This document shows positions 32,378 to 42,180 of a stretch of 64,000 nucleotides of DNA, piece by piece (the first letter of the stretch is position 1; every line of letters begins with the position of its first letter). The translations under genes and the position numbers were made by a program. Source of the DNA: an uncultured Bacilli bacterium (lineage in GTDB: Bacteria > Bacillota_I > Bacilli_A > RF39 > UBA660); NCBI GenBank assembly GCA_910584255.1, contig CAJTXV010000005.1:5700-69699 (forward strand). The letters run 5' to 3'. Below the pieces are notes generated by a model. It saw only the letters and a program-made list of their open reading frames with translations. It did not search any database and was not told the DNA's origin.

Positions 32378-33076
32378 ATGAGGAAAAAGAAGGAAATTAT
32401 AATTTATAAAAATCTTTCTCTTTTTTATGATTTTTGTACTGATTGTATTGAAGAATTGTCATATAATAAATACTTAAGAACTCCAATTTTTTTCATGTTG
32501 TTAGTTGACTGCATCTATTTATTTATAATGACGCTTCTAATACTGTTTAAAATAAATATTTATATAATTACTTTGATTTCGTTTTTTTCTATCATTTTTA
32601 TTAATATTATCATATATTATATATTTAGTATCTTTTTAAAAAGAAAACTAAGGGATTATTTACTTGCCTTGTACCCTACTTTTTTAAAGCTACTATCTAC
32701 AAGAAAGTATTCTGCTCTAAATTCACTTACTATGCTTAATGAACTAGCTTATTATGTTCAAAAGATTAAAAATCAATCTCAAAACAAAATAGAAGATATT
32801 CATCCAAAAATTTATGCAATAATTACTTTTCTACTATCTGCTATTTTTTCTTGGATTACCTCTCTTACATTGTTGTTTATTTTAATTGCAATATTTATAT
32901 TTCTTTTAATATTAAAAGATCTATTTGATATTATTTTTTCAAAGAATTATAATGAGTTTGCTAATTCAATACTCTTATCTTGCATTGAAGAACGTCGACT
33001 AGAAATTATAAAATCAAGTCAAAGAAATGGGTTTACAAAACTTAAATATGCTCTTAGATTAGGAGAATACCACTGA
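32378..33076 (+). CDS. Hypothetical integral membrane protein
   Basis: 232 aa with ~5 predicted TM helices that are very I/F/L-rich. RBS GAGGTG upstream. Lies next to a 730-bp AT-rich non-coding stretch. Confidence 0.45.
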   Translation: MRKKKEIIIYKNLSLFYDFCTDCIEELSYNKYLRTPIFFMLLVDCIYLFIMTLLILFKINIYIITLISFFSIIFINIIIYYIFSIFLKRKLRDYLLALYPTFLKLLSTRKYSALNSLTMLNELAYYVQKIKNQSQNKIEDIHPKIYAIITFLLSAIFSWITSLTLLFILIAIFIFLLILKDLFDIIFSKNYNEFANSILLSCIEERRLEIIKSSQRNGFTKLKYALRLGEYH

Positions 33077-33106
33077 TATTAATTAATATCCTTCCTCTAA
33101 AATTAA

Positions 33107-33134
33107 AAAGGGACTTTTTAAAGCCCCTTTTATA
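33107..33134. terminator. Bidirectional hairpin terminator between 32378..33076 (+) and 33130..33897 (-)
   Basis: aaaaaggg-actttttaaagc-cccttttt. Confidence 0.45.
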
Positions 33135-33897
33135 CTTTTCTAGATTGAATCTCTGCAATTTTATCTAATACTTCTTTTGCGTTTTCATTATTGATTTCGG
33201 TATATCCTAATTCCTTTAATGCTTGTACTTTTGCAGTATTTAGTTCTTGTGTACGAGATAATCGTTCTTCTTTCTTATGTTCAATTTCTTGCACAAAACG
33301 TTTATGTGTATCCGCAATTTTAGAACGAGATGCTCCTCCATTTGTATATAACGTCATTGCAGAAAATAGAATACTCTCAAATATGAATTGTTGATTTTCA
33401 TTAAATACATATTCTGTGTGATCAACAAATCCCATTGATTTTGACATATATCCTAGAATATATTTAAGTTCCTTGTTTGTTTCCATAGATTGTAAGAAAT
33501 GATAAAGGTAACGGTAACTATTATATGTATCCTTGGTTTTATCATCTGCTAGTTTTTCTTTTAATAGATTAATAATGTCTGTTAATAGCTCTTGTTCTTT
33601 CTTATTAAATCCTTTTAAGTCTGCTAGGATTTCTTTTCCAGATGATTCTTTTACTCCGTCATTTAGACGATTTTCGACTTGAATAATGTATTCACCGCCT
33701 ACTTTAATTGTTGGAATGTCTTTTGCATCTTGAATACCTAAAAGACACAATATTTTCATTGCTTTTTCTTTTGGCCATTCACTTAAATCACCTTGTGCTA
33801 AATAGTTATATAGCATTTGTCTCGAAACTCCAAGATATTTTGCTAATCTTACTTTAGAGATTCCTAATTCTCCTAACAAGTCATTCAAATTCTTCAT
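33130..33897 (-). CDS. XRE-family HTH transcriptional regulator with a long C-terminal domain
   Basis: N-terminal LGISKVRLAKYLGVSRQMLYNYLAQG helix-turn-helix; 255 aa. Confidence 0.6.
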   Translation of the reverse strand: MKNLNDLLGELGISKVRLAKYLGVSRQMLYNYLAQGDLSEWPKEKAMKILCLLGIQDAKDIPTIKVGGEYIIQVENRLNDGVKESSGKEILADLKGFNKKEQELLTDIINLLKEKLADDKTKDTYNSYRYLYHFLQSMETNKELKYILGYMSKSMGFVDHTEYVFNENQQFIFESILFSAMTLYTNGGASRSKIADTHKRFVQEIEHKKEERLSRTQELNTAKVQALKELGYTEINNENAKEVLDKIAEIQSRKV

Positions 33898-33967
33898 AAT
33901 GTCAAACCTCCTAATTTAATTCTATCACGTTTATATAAAAAATCAAGTAGTAAAGTTTACAAATTAT

Positions 33968-35086
33968 TTACAATATATACCAAATTTTCTTTCCATCTTT
34001 ACAAACTGTTTTAATAATTCCTCCACCAAGGCATTTCTCACCATCATAAAAGACGCATGATTGCCCAGGAGTTACAGATTTAATATCCTTATATTTCACA
34101 CAAATTTCACCGTTTTCTAGATATTCTAGCTCTACTGGATAATCTTCTGCACGATAGCGAAATTTTGCTGTACAATGGCTTGGATGCTCTTCTGTATTAA
34201 AATTAATTGTATCGATAATACAACTATCTGATAATAAGTAATCCGTTTTATCTCCAATGGCAATATATAAAATATTCTTATCCATATTTTTTCCTACTAC
34301 AAACATTCTTTCATCTGTTCCACCAATATTAAGTCCCCTTCTCTGCCCAATTGTATAATACATGAGACCAATATGTGTACCTACTATCTCATTTGTTTCT
34401 ATATTTACAACATTTCCAGGTTGGTTTGGTAAATAATTTTTTAAAAAATTTCTAAAGTTTCTTTCTCCTATAAAACAAATACCAGTAGAGTCTTTTTTCT
34501 TGGCAGTAATTAAATTATACTCTTCTGCAATCTTTCTTACTTCTGGTTTTGTTAACTCACCTATTGGGAATAATACATTTTGTAGTTGTTCTTTCGATAA
34601 TTGTGATAGAAAATAAGTTTGATCTTTATTTAAATCTACTGCTCTTAGTAGTTTTCCATCCTTAATTCTAGCATAGTGCCCTGTTGCAATATAATCAGTG
34701 CCTAATCTTTTTGCTTCTCGAATAAAATAATCAAATTTAATATATTTGTTACACATGATATCAGGATTTGGTGTGCGTCCTTTTTTTAATTCGTCTAAAA
34801 AGTATTGAAAGACATTATCCCAATATTCTTTTACAAAATCAATTCGATGTAGTGGGATTCCAATTTTTTTGCAAACTTCAAGTGCATCATTATAATCTTG
34901 TTCTTGAGGACAAATATTATTATCTAAATCGGGGTTTCCTAAAAAGTCACCATTTAAAGAACTATCCCAGTTTCGCATAAAGAGTCCAATTACTTCGTAA
35001 CCCTGCTCTTTTAGAAGAATAGCAGCAACACTGCTATCGACTCCTCCACTCATTCCAATTACTACTTTTTTCATATGTCTCACCAC
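33968..35086 (-). CDS. mnmA: tRNA-specific 2-thiouridylase MnmA
   Basis: PP-loop VVIGMSGGVDSSVAA, catalytic Cys pair and the C-terminal barrel; 372 aa. Confidence 0.9.
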   Translation of the reverse strand: MVRHMKKVVIGMSGGVDSSVAAILLKEQGYEVIGLFMRNWDSSLNGDFLGNPDLDNNICPQEQDYNDALEVCKKIGIPLHRIDFVKEYWDNVFQYFLDELKKGRTPNPDIMCNKYIKFDYFIREAKRLGTDYIATGHYARIKDGKLLRAVDLNKDQTYFLSQLSKEQLQNVLFPIGELTKPEVRKIAEEYNLITAKKKDSTGICFIGERNFRNFLKNYLPNQPGNVVNIETNEIVGTHIGLMYYTIGQRRGLNIGGTDERMFVVGKNMDKNILYIAIGDKTDYLLSDSCIIDTINFNTEEHPSHCTAKFRYRAEDYPVELEYLENGEICVKYKDIKSVTPGQSCVFYDGEKCLGGGIIKTVCKDGKKIWYIL

Positions 35087-35197
35087 TTTAATTTTATCAA
35101 ATTATTCAATTAAAGTCTATTTTGTATAGATAATTTTAAGCATTTTAATTTTTTAAGATTTATATCTAATTATAGAACTAGAGCATCTTTATACAAT

Positions 35198-35668
35198 TCA
35201 CAAAATAAAGCTATAATAAAGCCACTTAGTTATCATAGTTACTAATAATGAAATAGAAAGTTCAAATGAATATTCTCTTTTTTTAGGAAGAATTGCAATT
35301 AAAATTAAAAAATATAAAGTGTTCATTATCAAATAACTAAGTATCATTTTCTTAACAATCATGTAATCTAAAATTAGATTCAATATAAAAAAAATTCCCG
35401 TGGTATTTATAATTTTTTTTAATATAATCCTATAATACTTATTTTTACCACAACGTATAATTACATGATTTCGGTTTAAAATATATGTATAATACTGTTC
35501 TATAAAATAATTCAAGTAGCAATAATTAAATAAAATGGAAATCATTATATAAAATACTTGATTGATTGTAAAATATTTGGTAGTCAAAAATATTTGGATA
35601 TCTCCTACAAATTTATAAATTAAAACTTGCATTATCACTAAAAATAGAATATTTTTATACTTTTTCAT
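35198..35668 (-). CDS. Hypothetical membrane protein (component of a putative ABC-2/immunity-type transporter)
   Basis: 156 aa with 4 TM segments. Its start overlaps the upstream ATPase gene. Confidence 0.45.
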   Translation of the reverse strand: MKKYKNILFLVIMQVLIYKFVGDIQIFLTTKYFTINQVFYIMISILFNYCYLNYFIEQYYTYILNRNHVIIRCGKNKYYRIILKKIINTTGIFFILNLILDYMIVKKMILSYLIMNTLYFLILIAILPKKREYSFELSISLLVTMITKWLYYSFIL

Positions 35669-36272
35669 ATTTTCTCTTTTTTATTATTTGGTTATTTTCA
35701 ATTAGTAAATGATAATCATAATCTAATTTATTATATAAATCATGAGATGCGATAATAATAGTTTTTCCTTCTTTGTTTAATTTTTTTACTAGTTTAAAAA
35801 ATACTTCAATTGCATCTACATCTAATCCTCTTGTAGGTTCATCAAATAAAATTAAATCTTGATCCTCCATAATGGCTTGAATAATTGCTACTTTTTGGCG
35901 CATACCAACGGAATAAGTACTTAGTTTTTTTCTGTTATATAAATCTAATGAAAACATTTCACATAAGTTTTTCACTTTTTCTTCATCGAATGTTCCTTTC
36001 AAATTATATAAATATTTTAAATTATATAGGATTGTTTCGTTTTCGATAAATCCACTATTTCCAATTACTGCACCTATTTTTAAGTTTTCTTCTTTTAAAA
36101 CTTCCCCTGTCGTTGGTTCTAAGATATCACAAATAATCATAAATAGTGTAGACTTTCCAGTCCCATTTTTTCCAAATAGATGAATTAATTCTTTCTTTTT
36201 AATTTCTAAATTCACATCTTCATATAATAGATTGTTCTTAAACTTTTTACTAATATTTTTAAGTTCTAACAT
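35655..36272 (-). CDS. ABC transporter ATP-binding protein
   Basis: Walker A GKNGTGKST, signature YSVGMRQKVAIIQAI, Walker B LILFDEPT and the H-loop SHD; 205 aa. Confidence 0.8.
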   Translation of the reverse strand: MLELKNISKKFKNNLLYEDVNLEIKKKELIHLFGKNGTGKSTLFMIICDILEPTTGEVLKEENLKIGAVIGNSGFIENETILYNLKYLYNLKGTFDEEKVKNLCEMFSLDLYNRKKLSTYSVGMRQKVAIIQAIMEDQDLILFDEPTRGLDVDAIEVFFKLVKKLNKEGKTIIIASHDLYNKLDYDYHLLIENNQIIKKRKYEKV

Positions 36273-36273
36273 T

Positions 36274-36801
36274 TTAACCTCCTATAAATATATTTACTAA
36301 AACTTCAAGTACAAAGACATAATGGTATATTAAATTGACTAACACTGGCATTACCATTTTACCATCTTTCTGATTATTTACAAAACTAAGCATACAAAAT
36401 AATTCTAAAAATACAAAATAGATTGTTTGTATAAAAAAATATGCAATAACCCTAGAATAGTAAATTTTCTCTAATCCAACAATACTATAAATTGATATAT
36501 ATGGTATGAATAGATATATTATACTAGATAATACAGCATATAGAATATACTTTTTCAGAAATTGATTTTTTGTATATCTTGTAATAATCTTATCAAACAT
36601 TGCATTTATCTTTGAAATTCTAGTAAACATCATCCATATATATACATTATCTAATATAAGTGCAATATAATTGGATGAAAATAAGATAAAAAGTAAATTG
36701 GTCTCTTCTTTATTTTGAATCATATAAGGAAAAAGTAAAAGGCAAATCATTAAAACTAAAATTTGCTTTTTCTCAATACTTTTTCTAAAGAGTATTCCCA
36801 T
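36274..36801 (-). CDS. Hypothetical membrane protein (putative permease subunit)
   Basis: 175 aa with ~5 TM segments. Translationally coupled: 1-nt gap to the ATPase gene. Confidence 0.45.
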   Translation of the reverse strand: MGILFRKSIEKKQILVLMICLLLFPYMIQNKEETNLLFILFSSNYIALILDNVYIWMMFTRISKINAMFDKIITRYTKNQFLKKYILYAVLSSIIYLFIPYISIYSIVGLEKIYYSRVIAYFFIQTIYFVFLELFCMLSFVNNQKDGKMVMPVLVNLIYHYVFVLEVLVNIFIGG

Positions 36802-36806
36802 TCATA

Positions 36807-37607
36807 TCAACTTCCCTCTCTATATTCTTTTCTATAAATATATTTTAGTAGCCTATAAATAACCCATCCAAAGAAAAGAATTGCTAATCCGATTGGAACA
36901 TAATAATTTATTTGTTCTGGTTTTGATCCAATTTCACATGATCCAGGGCATAAAAGATTTCCAACAAAAACTGTATTTACCAATAAATAATCAAGAAAAG
37001 TAGAAGCATTTGTTCCTAGAATTGCTGCAATAATTGCAAGTCCTGTTTGCCCTAAAATTCCTGCTAATACACCTGATACACGATAAACATATTCATTTTT
37101 AATAAAATGAGAGAGTCCATAAAGTAATAAGCAAAACATTGAATATCCAGCTGTAGCTATTAAAATATAAATAATAAAACTGATTAGTGCATTATTTGAA
37201 TAAAAGTAAAATTGCCAATTCCACAAGTGCATTTCTGGTTGAAAATCAAAGTGAATACCATGACAAATAATAGAGATGACTAAGATCATGGCAGCAAAAC
37301 AAACCAATCTGAATAAAGCTGAGGTTATTATAATATTTTTTATTTCTTGCACCATTGTTTGTTTGTATCCTATTCTTTCTATTACTAAATTCCTTGCTTT
37401 ACTCCTTCTTCTCTTAAATAAATCAATAAGGTAGCAATTCGTAGCCATAAATGTAATAAATATATAATTGGGTAATGACATACCAGAATTTTCTAAATAA
37501 TAAAATACATGTAGTCCTGCATCTGAATCATTATAATTTGTTATTTTTTCGGTAGTACAGCAATAAAAGGTATAGCTAGCCACTACTATGAAAGTAATGA
37601 CTAGCAT
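36807..37607 (-). CDS. Hypothetical membrane protein (putative permease subunit)
   Basis: 266 aa with ~6 TM segments. First gene of the 4-gene transporter cluster. Confidence 0.45.
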   Translation of the reverse strand: MLVITFIVVASYTFYCCTTEKITNYNDSDAGLHVFYYLENSGMSLPNYIFITFMATNCYLIDLFKRRRSKARNLVIERIGYKQTMVQEIKNIIITSALFRLVCFAAMILVISIICHGIHFDFQPEMHLWNWQFYFYSNNALISFIIYILIATAGYSMFCLLLYGLSHFIKNEYVYRVSGVLAGILGQTGLAIIAAILGTNASTFLDYLLVNTVFVGNLLCPGSCEIGSKPEQINYYVPIGLAILFFGWVIYRLLKYIYRKEYREGS

Positions 37608-37673
37608 AATACCTAGCTTTTTTTATTTATCATTTTATTCTACTACCCAGTTTTGTAAATAGTCAGGACTAAA

Positions 37674-38096
37674 TTAATAAGTTATTTTTGTGTTACTTGT
37701 AGGTTCTAGATTATTCGATTTTGCCTTTGAATTATAGCTGCTACCTGATGCAACTGTTTCAGTATGTTTAAAATATACCCATTTATGTGCGGGTGCACTT
37801 GCCCAATCACTCACCTGTGTATTCCCTTTTGATAATGCAACAGACTTACTTAATGTAGTAGCACTATAGGTAACATTAAAACTTGCCTTTTTGGTAGCGT
37901 CTCCATCACACTGTACATACACTGTTCCCGTATGACTTCCTCCCCAATTTGGTACAGTAAATGAATCATTACCAAATTGAATTGCAAAAACACCTGTTGA
38001 TCCTACAAGTAGTAGCATACAAAACACCATTTCTATCATAATTTTTTTCTTCACAATTTTTGCTCCTTTTCTTTTTTTTAAATTTATAACAAACAC
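37674..38096 (-). CDS. Small secreted protein (signal peptide; likely true start at the internal Met near 38039)
   Basis: MIEMVFCMLLLVGSTGVFA|IQFGNDSF... is a Sec signal peptide. The mature ~100-aa S/T-rich beta-type sequence has two Cys. Confidence 0.5.
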   Translation of the reverse strand: MFVINLKKRKGAKIVKKKIMIEMVFCMLLLVGSTGVFAIQFGNDSFTVPNWGGSHTGTVYVQCDGDATKKASFNVTYSATTLSKSVALSKGNTQVSDWASAPAHKWVYFKHTETVASGSSYNSKAKSNNLEPTSNTKITY

Positions 38097-38179
38097 TATC
38101 TTGTAAACCAGCTGTATTTTACAAAAACTGTGTTGTTACCATCATTTATATTTTTTATTGTAAATTCTTTGATGAATTT

Positions 38180-38946
38180 TTATAGTGTAATATCTACGCC
38201 ATTCATTTGATCAAATTTTCCAACAGCATCACTATGGAATAAGAACGCATTACCATAACCACCAACACCAACAGTATAATTTAAACTTGTTTGTAGTGAA
38301 ATGTTACTTGTTGAATGTTGATAGCTAGCATAAACTGTACCACTAGGATTTACAAAAAACTTTTGTTGAATAATTAAATTCTTAGCACCACTTGGTAATT
38401 TTACAGAAGTTCCCAATCCTTTTGCAAAGTACTTATTATTTGAAAAATACTCAATTCCATTACTTGAAGATACTTTAGTAGTAATTGAATCATTAGCTAA
38501 ATTTGTATTAACAAATCTAGCGCCAATCAAATCATAACTTCTAATTGTTGGATTTGTTAACCATTTTAAATTTGTAATAATAGTACATATACTGTTACAG
38601 CTTTTGGCAATAGACAGTTGTTTGCTATTAGTTGAATGAAATGTTCCACGGCTTATACTATTTCCTAAATCATTGCTATAAATAGTTTTAATTTGAACAT
38701 CATTATTATTAATGTCCAAGTCATCTAACCATTCATAGTCTTCTTGAGTCATGTTGTCGAAGTATTTTTCACCATAAAATTGATTAACAAATTGAAATTC
38801 TTTTTCAGTAAGTTTTACTCCGTTTCTATTTGTGTATATTTCTTTGTTACCTGAAGCAAATACATTGAAGAAGCAAATACATTGAAACTGGAAAACATGG
38901 TTACACAGATAGAAACAACGATTAACTTCTTTACTTTTAAATTCAT
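38180..38946 (-). pseudogene. Secreted protein gene (~250 aa) disrupted by a 17-bp tandem duplication (frameshift)
   Basis: ATG at 38946 encodes MNLKVKKLIVVSICVTMFSSFNVFAS (signal peptide). After the duplicated 17-mer the frame terminates. Removing one 17-mer joins it in-frame to ORF 38180..38752 (…GNKEIYTNRNGVKLTEKEFQFVNQFYGEKYFDNMTQEDYEWL…). Confidence 0.6.
38853..38886. repeat. Perfect 17-bp tandem duplication (gaagcaaatacattgaa x2) inside the secreted-protein gene
   Basis: Direct reading of the sequence at 38853..38869 and 38870..38886. Confidence 0.85.
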
Positions 38947-39054
38947 ATTTTCCTCCTTTCCCTTTTATTTTAATATTACGGTTTCATAAAAATAAAGGGC
39001 GAATTTTGCACATTTGTAATAAATGAAAAATTTGCCTTTTAAAATTACCTTTTT

Positions 39055-40173
39055 TTATTTTGATATTTTACTAAAATAATTGTTTATAAAATTGTCAATT
39101 ATGTCCTGACTACATTCTCCAATTTTACAAGTTTTCTTGGAAATATCATATACAAAGTTATCCTCTATCTTGTTATTTTTAATCAAATAATGTGTTAAAG
39201 AATAATCATCCATTGAATATTCAAAGTATTCCTCATAATCATTATATATTTTAGAAATCATAAATAAATTGATATTATACAAATATTTTTGTATTTCCTT
39301 ATATTCATTATATCCTTTTTCATAATAATACTCGTTATCTTTTTTATTTAATGTGAAGTTTTTTTGAATATATTCTGGTACATTTTCTTTTAAATCCATA
39401 TTGGTGCTATCAGATACTGGGGCCAATCTGTGCTTATTAAAAATGCTATTATTGGAAAAATCTCTTTCTACTTTCAAATTAAGCAATTGTTTTTCTCCGT
39501 CTTCTAGCGTCACCTCTAAAAACAAACCACTAATTATATATTTAATATCTTTATATGTAAATAGTTCATTATAGTTAAAAGTATTTATATATAAAGATTC
39601 TGTATCATTTTTATCTCCTGTAAATATATTATATTCTTTGTTGTTACGGATAAAATATAACCTAGTTTTAATTATACTATTACCATCATTTTCCTTTATT
39701 TTCCCAATTTTAATGTAACTCTTCTCTCTAGATGCAATCATTATTCCATCATTAATTGAGAGATTTTCATTTTCTCCAAATATTCGATATATATTTATGG
39801 AATTATAGTTACTGAAGAAATAATATGCTAAAAATGCAAATATTAACAAGATGGTTACAATTGCACTAGAAAATAATATTTTTTTAATTTTTCTTTTATG
39901 ATCTTTAATCAATTCAATAGGGATATTATCGATTTTTTTATCATTTTTTGTATTACGTCTTTCACCAAATAGTATTTCATTGATACTAACATTGAATAAT
40001 TCTTGTAATTGTAATAAAACATCAGCATTTGGTATGTATAATCCTCTTTCCCATTTTGATACTGTTGTACGGTCTACTAAAAGTTTTTGTGCTAGATCTT
40101 CTTGGGTCCACTTTTTTTCTTTTCTTAATTCTATTATAAATTTTCCTATTTTTTCTTGATTCATTACTGCCAA
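39055..40173 (-). CDS. Membrane-bound XRE-family transcriptional regulator (HTH - TM - extracytoplasmic domain)
   Basis: N-terminal HTH (KKWTQEDLAQKLLVDRTTVSKWERG), a single TM (ILFSSAIVTILLIFAFLAYYFF) and a ~250-aa C-terminal domain. Confidence 0.65.
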   Translation of the reverse strand: MAVMNQEKIGKFIIELRKEKKWTQEDLAQKLLVDRTTVSKWERGLYIPNADVLLQLQELFNVSINEILFGERRNTKNDKKIDNIPIELIKDHKRKIKKILFSSAIVTILLIFAFLAYYFFSNYNSINIYRIFGENENLSINDGIMIASREKSYIKIGKIKENDGNSIIKTRLYFIRNNKEYNIFTGDKNDTESLYINTFNYNELFTYKDIKYIISGLFLEVTLEDGEKQLLNLKVERDFSNNSIFNKHRLAPVSDSTNMDLKENVPEYIQKNFTLNKKDNEYYYEKGYNEYKEIQKYLYNINLFMISKIYNDYEEYFEYSMDDYSLTHYLIKNNKIEDNFVYDISKKTCKIGECSQDIIDNFINNYFSKISK

Positions 40174-40274
40174 CTCCTAACCAATACCACAAGGATATTA
40201 TCTATGTGTTAAATATACCATGATTCTTTGTAGTTATCAATGAATCAAAATACTATAATCCTATTTATCTTTTC

Positions 40275-40886
40275 CTATACTAAAAAGAATTTTAATAGCC
40301 ATGGGCAAAGAAAAGTTTCAAGTAAAGAAGATAATATTAACATAAATGAACATAATAAAAGAATTTTTGTATATTTTTTAAAGTGTTCCTTTAAATTAAT
40401 ATTTTTCTTAAAAAATAATACTTTAATTAATTTGATTGAAAAACCTATGGCATAGAAGCTTAATAGAAGCCATATAACAAGATTTAATACTTGATGTGGG
40501 AAAATATATGTAATTCCTAGAAATAGTCCTTTAAAGTGGTAATTCGAAAGAATAGAGATAAATGAATAACTCAGTACAAATGCTTTTAAAAATAAATGAA
40601 TTAAGATAAAGGGAATCCCAATAATGGAAATACCTAGAATCCATACAAATAATAAAGATAGACCATTAGAAGAAATACTATTTGTAAATGTATTGGAAAA
40701 GTTTAAAGTGCCATCTTTAATCGTTTGAAAAAAATGATTCATCTGATTTATAATTTCTACTTTCATTTCTTTTCCAATAAAGAATTGATAGAATAAACCA
40801 GTACCTACTCCAATTAATATTACAATTCCTAGTACTAAATAAAGTATTTTTTGATTCAATAGCTTGTCTTTTTTTAATTTCATCAT
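40275..40886 (-). CDS. Stage II sporulation protein M (SpoIIM)-like polytopic membrane protein
   Basis: 203 aa with 5 TM helices. Size and topology resemble the SpoIIM/DUF95 family. Assignment rests on pattern only. Confidence 0.4.
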   Translation of the reverse strand: MMKLKKDKLLNQKILYLVLGIVILIGVGTGLFYQFFIGKEMKVEIINQMNHFFQTIKDGTLNFSNTFTNSISSNGLSLLFVWILGISIIGIPFILIHLFLKAFVLSYSFISILSNYHFKGLFLGITYIFPHQVLNLVIWLLLSFYAIGFSIKLIKVLFFKKNINLKEHFKKYTKILLLCSFMLILSSLLETFLCPWLLKFFLV

Positions 40887-40987
40887 TTCCTCATCACCTA
40901 GTTCAATCTATGATGTAAGTTAAAAATTTATGAAATGTTTTTACTTTTTATAAAATATCTATTATAATGATAAAAGAGGTGGATATA

Positions 40988-41083
40988 ATGAATAAAAAAA
41001 TGGTAAGATTCTTTGCAATTTTATTTTGTTTAATTATGGTAGGCTCTTTTGTTGCAAGTATCGTAATATATTTAGTGCCTTAA
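40988..41083 (+). CDS. Small hydrophobic peptide (31 aa)
   Basis: Strong RBS (AAAGAGGTGGATATA-ATG) and a -10 TATAAT 25 nt upstream. MNKKMVRFFAILFCLIMVGSFVASIVIYLVP, followed by a perfect hairpin terminator. Confidence 0.35.
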   Translation: MNKKMVRFFAILFCLIMVGSFVASIVIYLVP

Positions 41084-41101
41084 TTATATAAGTTAAATAT
41101 G

Positions 41102-41138
41102 AAAAAACTGATTAGTTGAACCTAGCTAATCAGTTTTT
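41102..41138. terminator. Bidirectional rho-independent terminator
   Basis: ctgattag-ttgaacctag-ctaatcag with a perfect 8-bp stem, flanked by AAAAAA and TTTTT. Confidence 0.6.
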
Positions 41139-41165
41139 ATATACTTTAAGAGTTTTATTATAGAA

Positions 41166-42140
41166 TTAGATGGTATAAACCTTATTTTCATTATTTTTTA
41201 TGGTAACAGTTTCTAAATGATATGAGAATCCATTGATCCAAATAGTAGTAGAAATAGAAGCAGTATGTGGATTCTTATTCAATTCATTTATAACAGTATC
41301 AATCAATTTTCTTCGTTCTTCATAAGTATCATTTACTAATACAAGATCTAAGTTTTTTAGGTTTTCCATTTTTCCTAAAAATGTAAGATCATCAAAACTA
41401 TTTAATGGAATAATCAATTCCTCAATATTTGGAAATCTTGAAAAATCTAAGTTTTTGACTTTTCTTATAGTGCTCAGTTGAAAAGTCTTTACCTTAGGTA
41501 GTGATTTTAGGTATGAAAAATCGATTGCTTCTTCATTACTAGATGGATCCAAAAGTATAAATTTTTCTAAGGAATCAAAACTAACTTCCTCAAAAACACG
41601 ATAGTCAAAATCATCTAATACTTGAATTTCTAGATTTTTCAAATGATCTAGTCTTGCTATTTTTTCAATTTCTGATTTGTCCAGATGACAGTATAATGAT
41701 AGGGTTTGTAATGTATCTATATTCTTTAAAGCATCAAAAACACTCTCATCCAAGTCACAATTATAAAAAGCTATACTTTTAATTTTTAAATCTCCCTCAA
41801 TGACAGCCAAATCTTTAATCGTACAATCTACAAAATTAACCGTATGAACATTAGGTATAGTATCTAAAATATTATAGGAATTTTCATCAATTATCCTATG
41901 TTGTAAAGTAACTACTCCTAAGCTTGATTTTGTGCTTAATTGATAGAATTTTTTTGAAATTATCTTATCATCTTGTTCTTTTTTATTAACATCAATAGAT
42001 ACACTTGTTGAATTTTTAGTGTATACAGGTATATCTCCTTTTACAAGGGTAGCAGCAAGGATAATACCTCCACAAAAAATTGTTAAATTTCTTACTTTTT
42101 TATTCACTGCCATTACGATTTCCCTCTTTCTTAAGTGCAT
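41166..42140 (-). CDS. Leucine-rich-repeat protein with an N-terminal signal or anchor
   Basis: MAVNKKVRNLTIFCGGIILAATLVKG signal-like segment. LRR-like repeats (LKNLDLVLVN, LSLYCHLDKSEIEKIARLDHLKNLEIQVLDD…). Confidence 0.6.
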   Translation of the reverse strand: MHLRKREIVMAVNKKVRNLTIFCGGIILAATLVKGDIPVYTKNSTSVSIDVNKKEQDDKIISKKFYQLSTKSSLGVVTLQHRIIDENSYNILDTIPNVHTVNFVDCTIKDLAVIEGDLKIKSIAFYNCDLDESVFDALKNIDTLQTLSLYCHLDKSEIEKIARLDHLKNLEIQVLDDFDYRVFEEVSFDSLEKFILLDPSSNEEAIDFSYLKSLPKVKTFQLSTIRKVKNLDFSRFPNIEELIIPLNSFDDLTFLGKMENLKNLDLVLVNDTYEERRKLIDTVINELNKNPHTASISTTIWINGFSYHLETVTIKNNENKVYTI

Positions 42141-42180
42141 ATAATATCATATTTTTGTCTTTTAATCAATAAAAATAATT

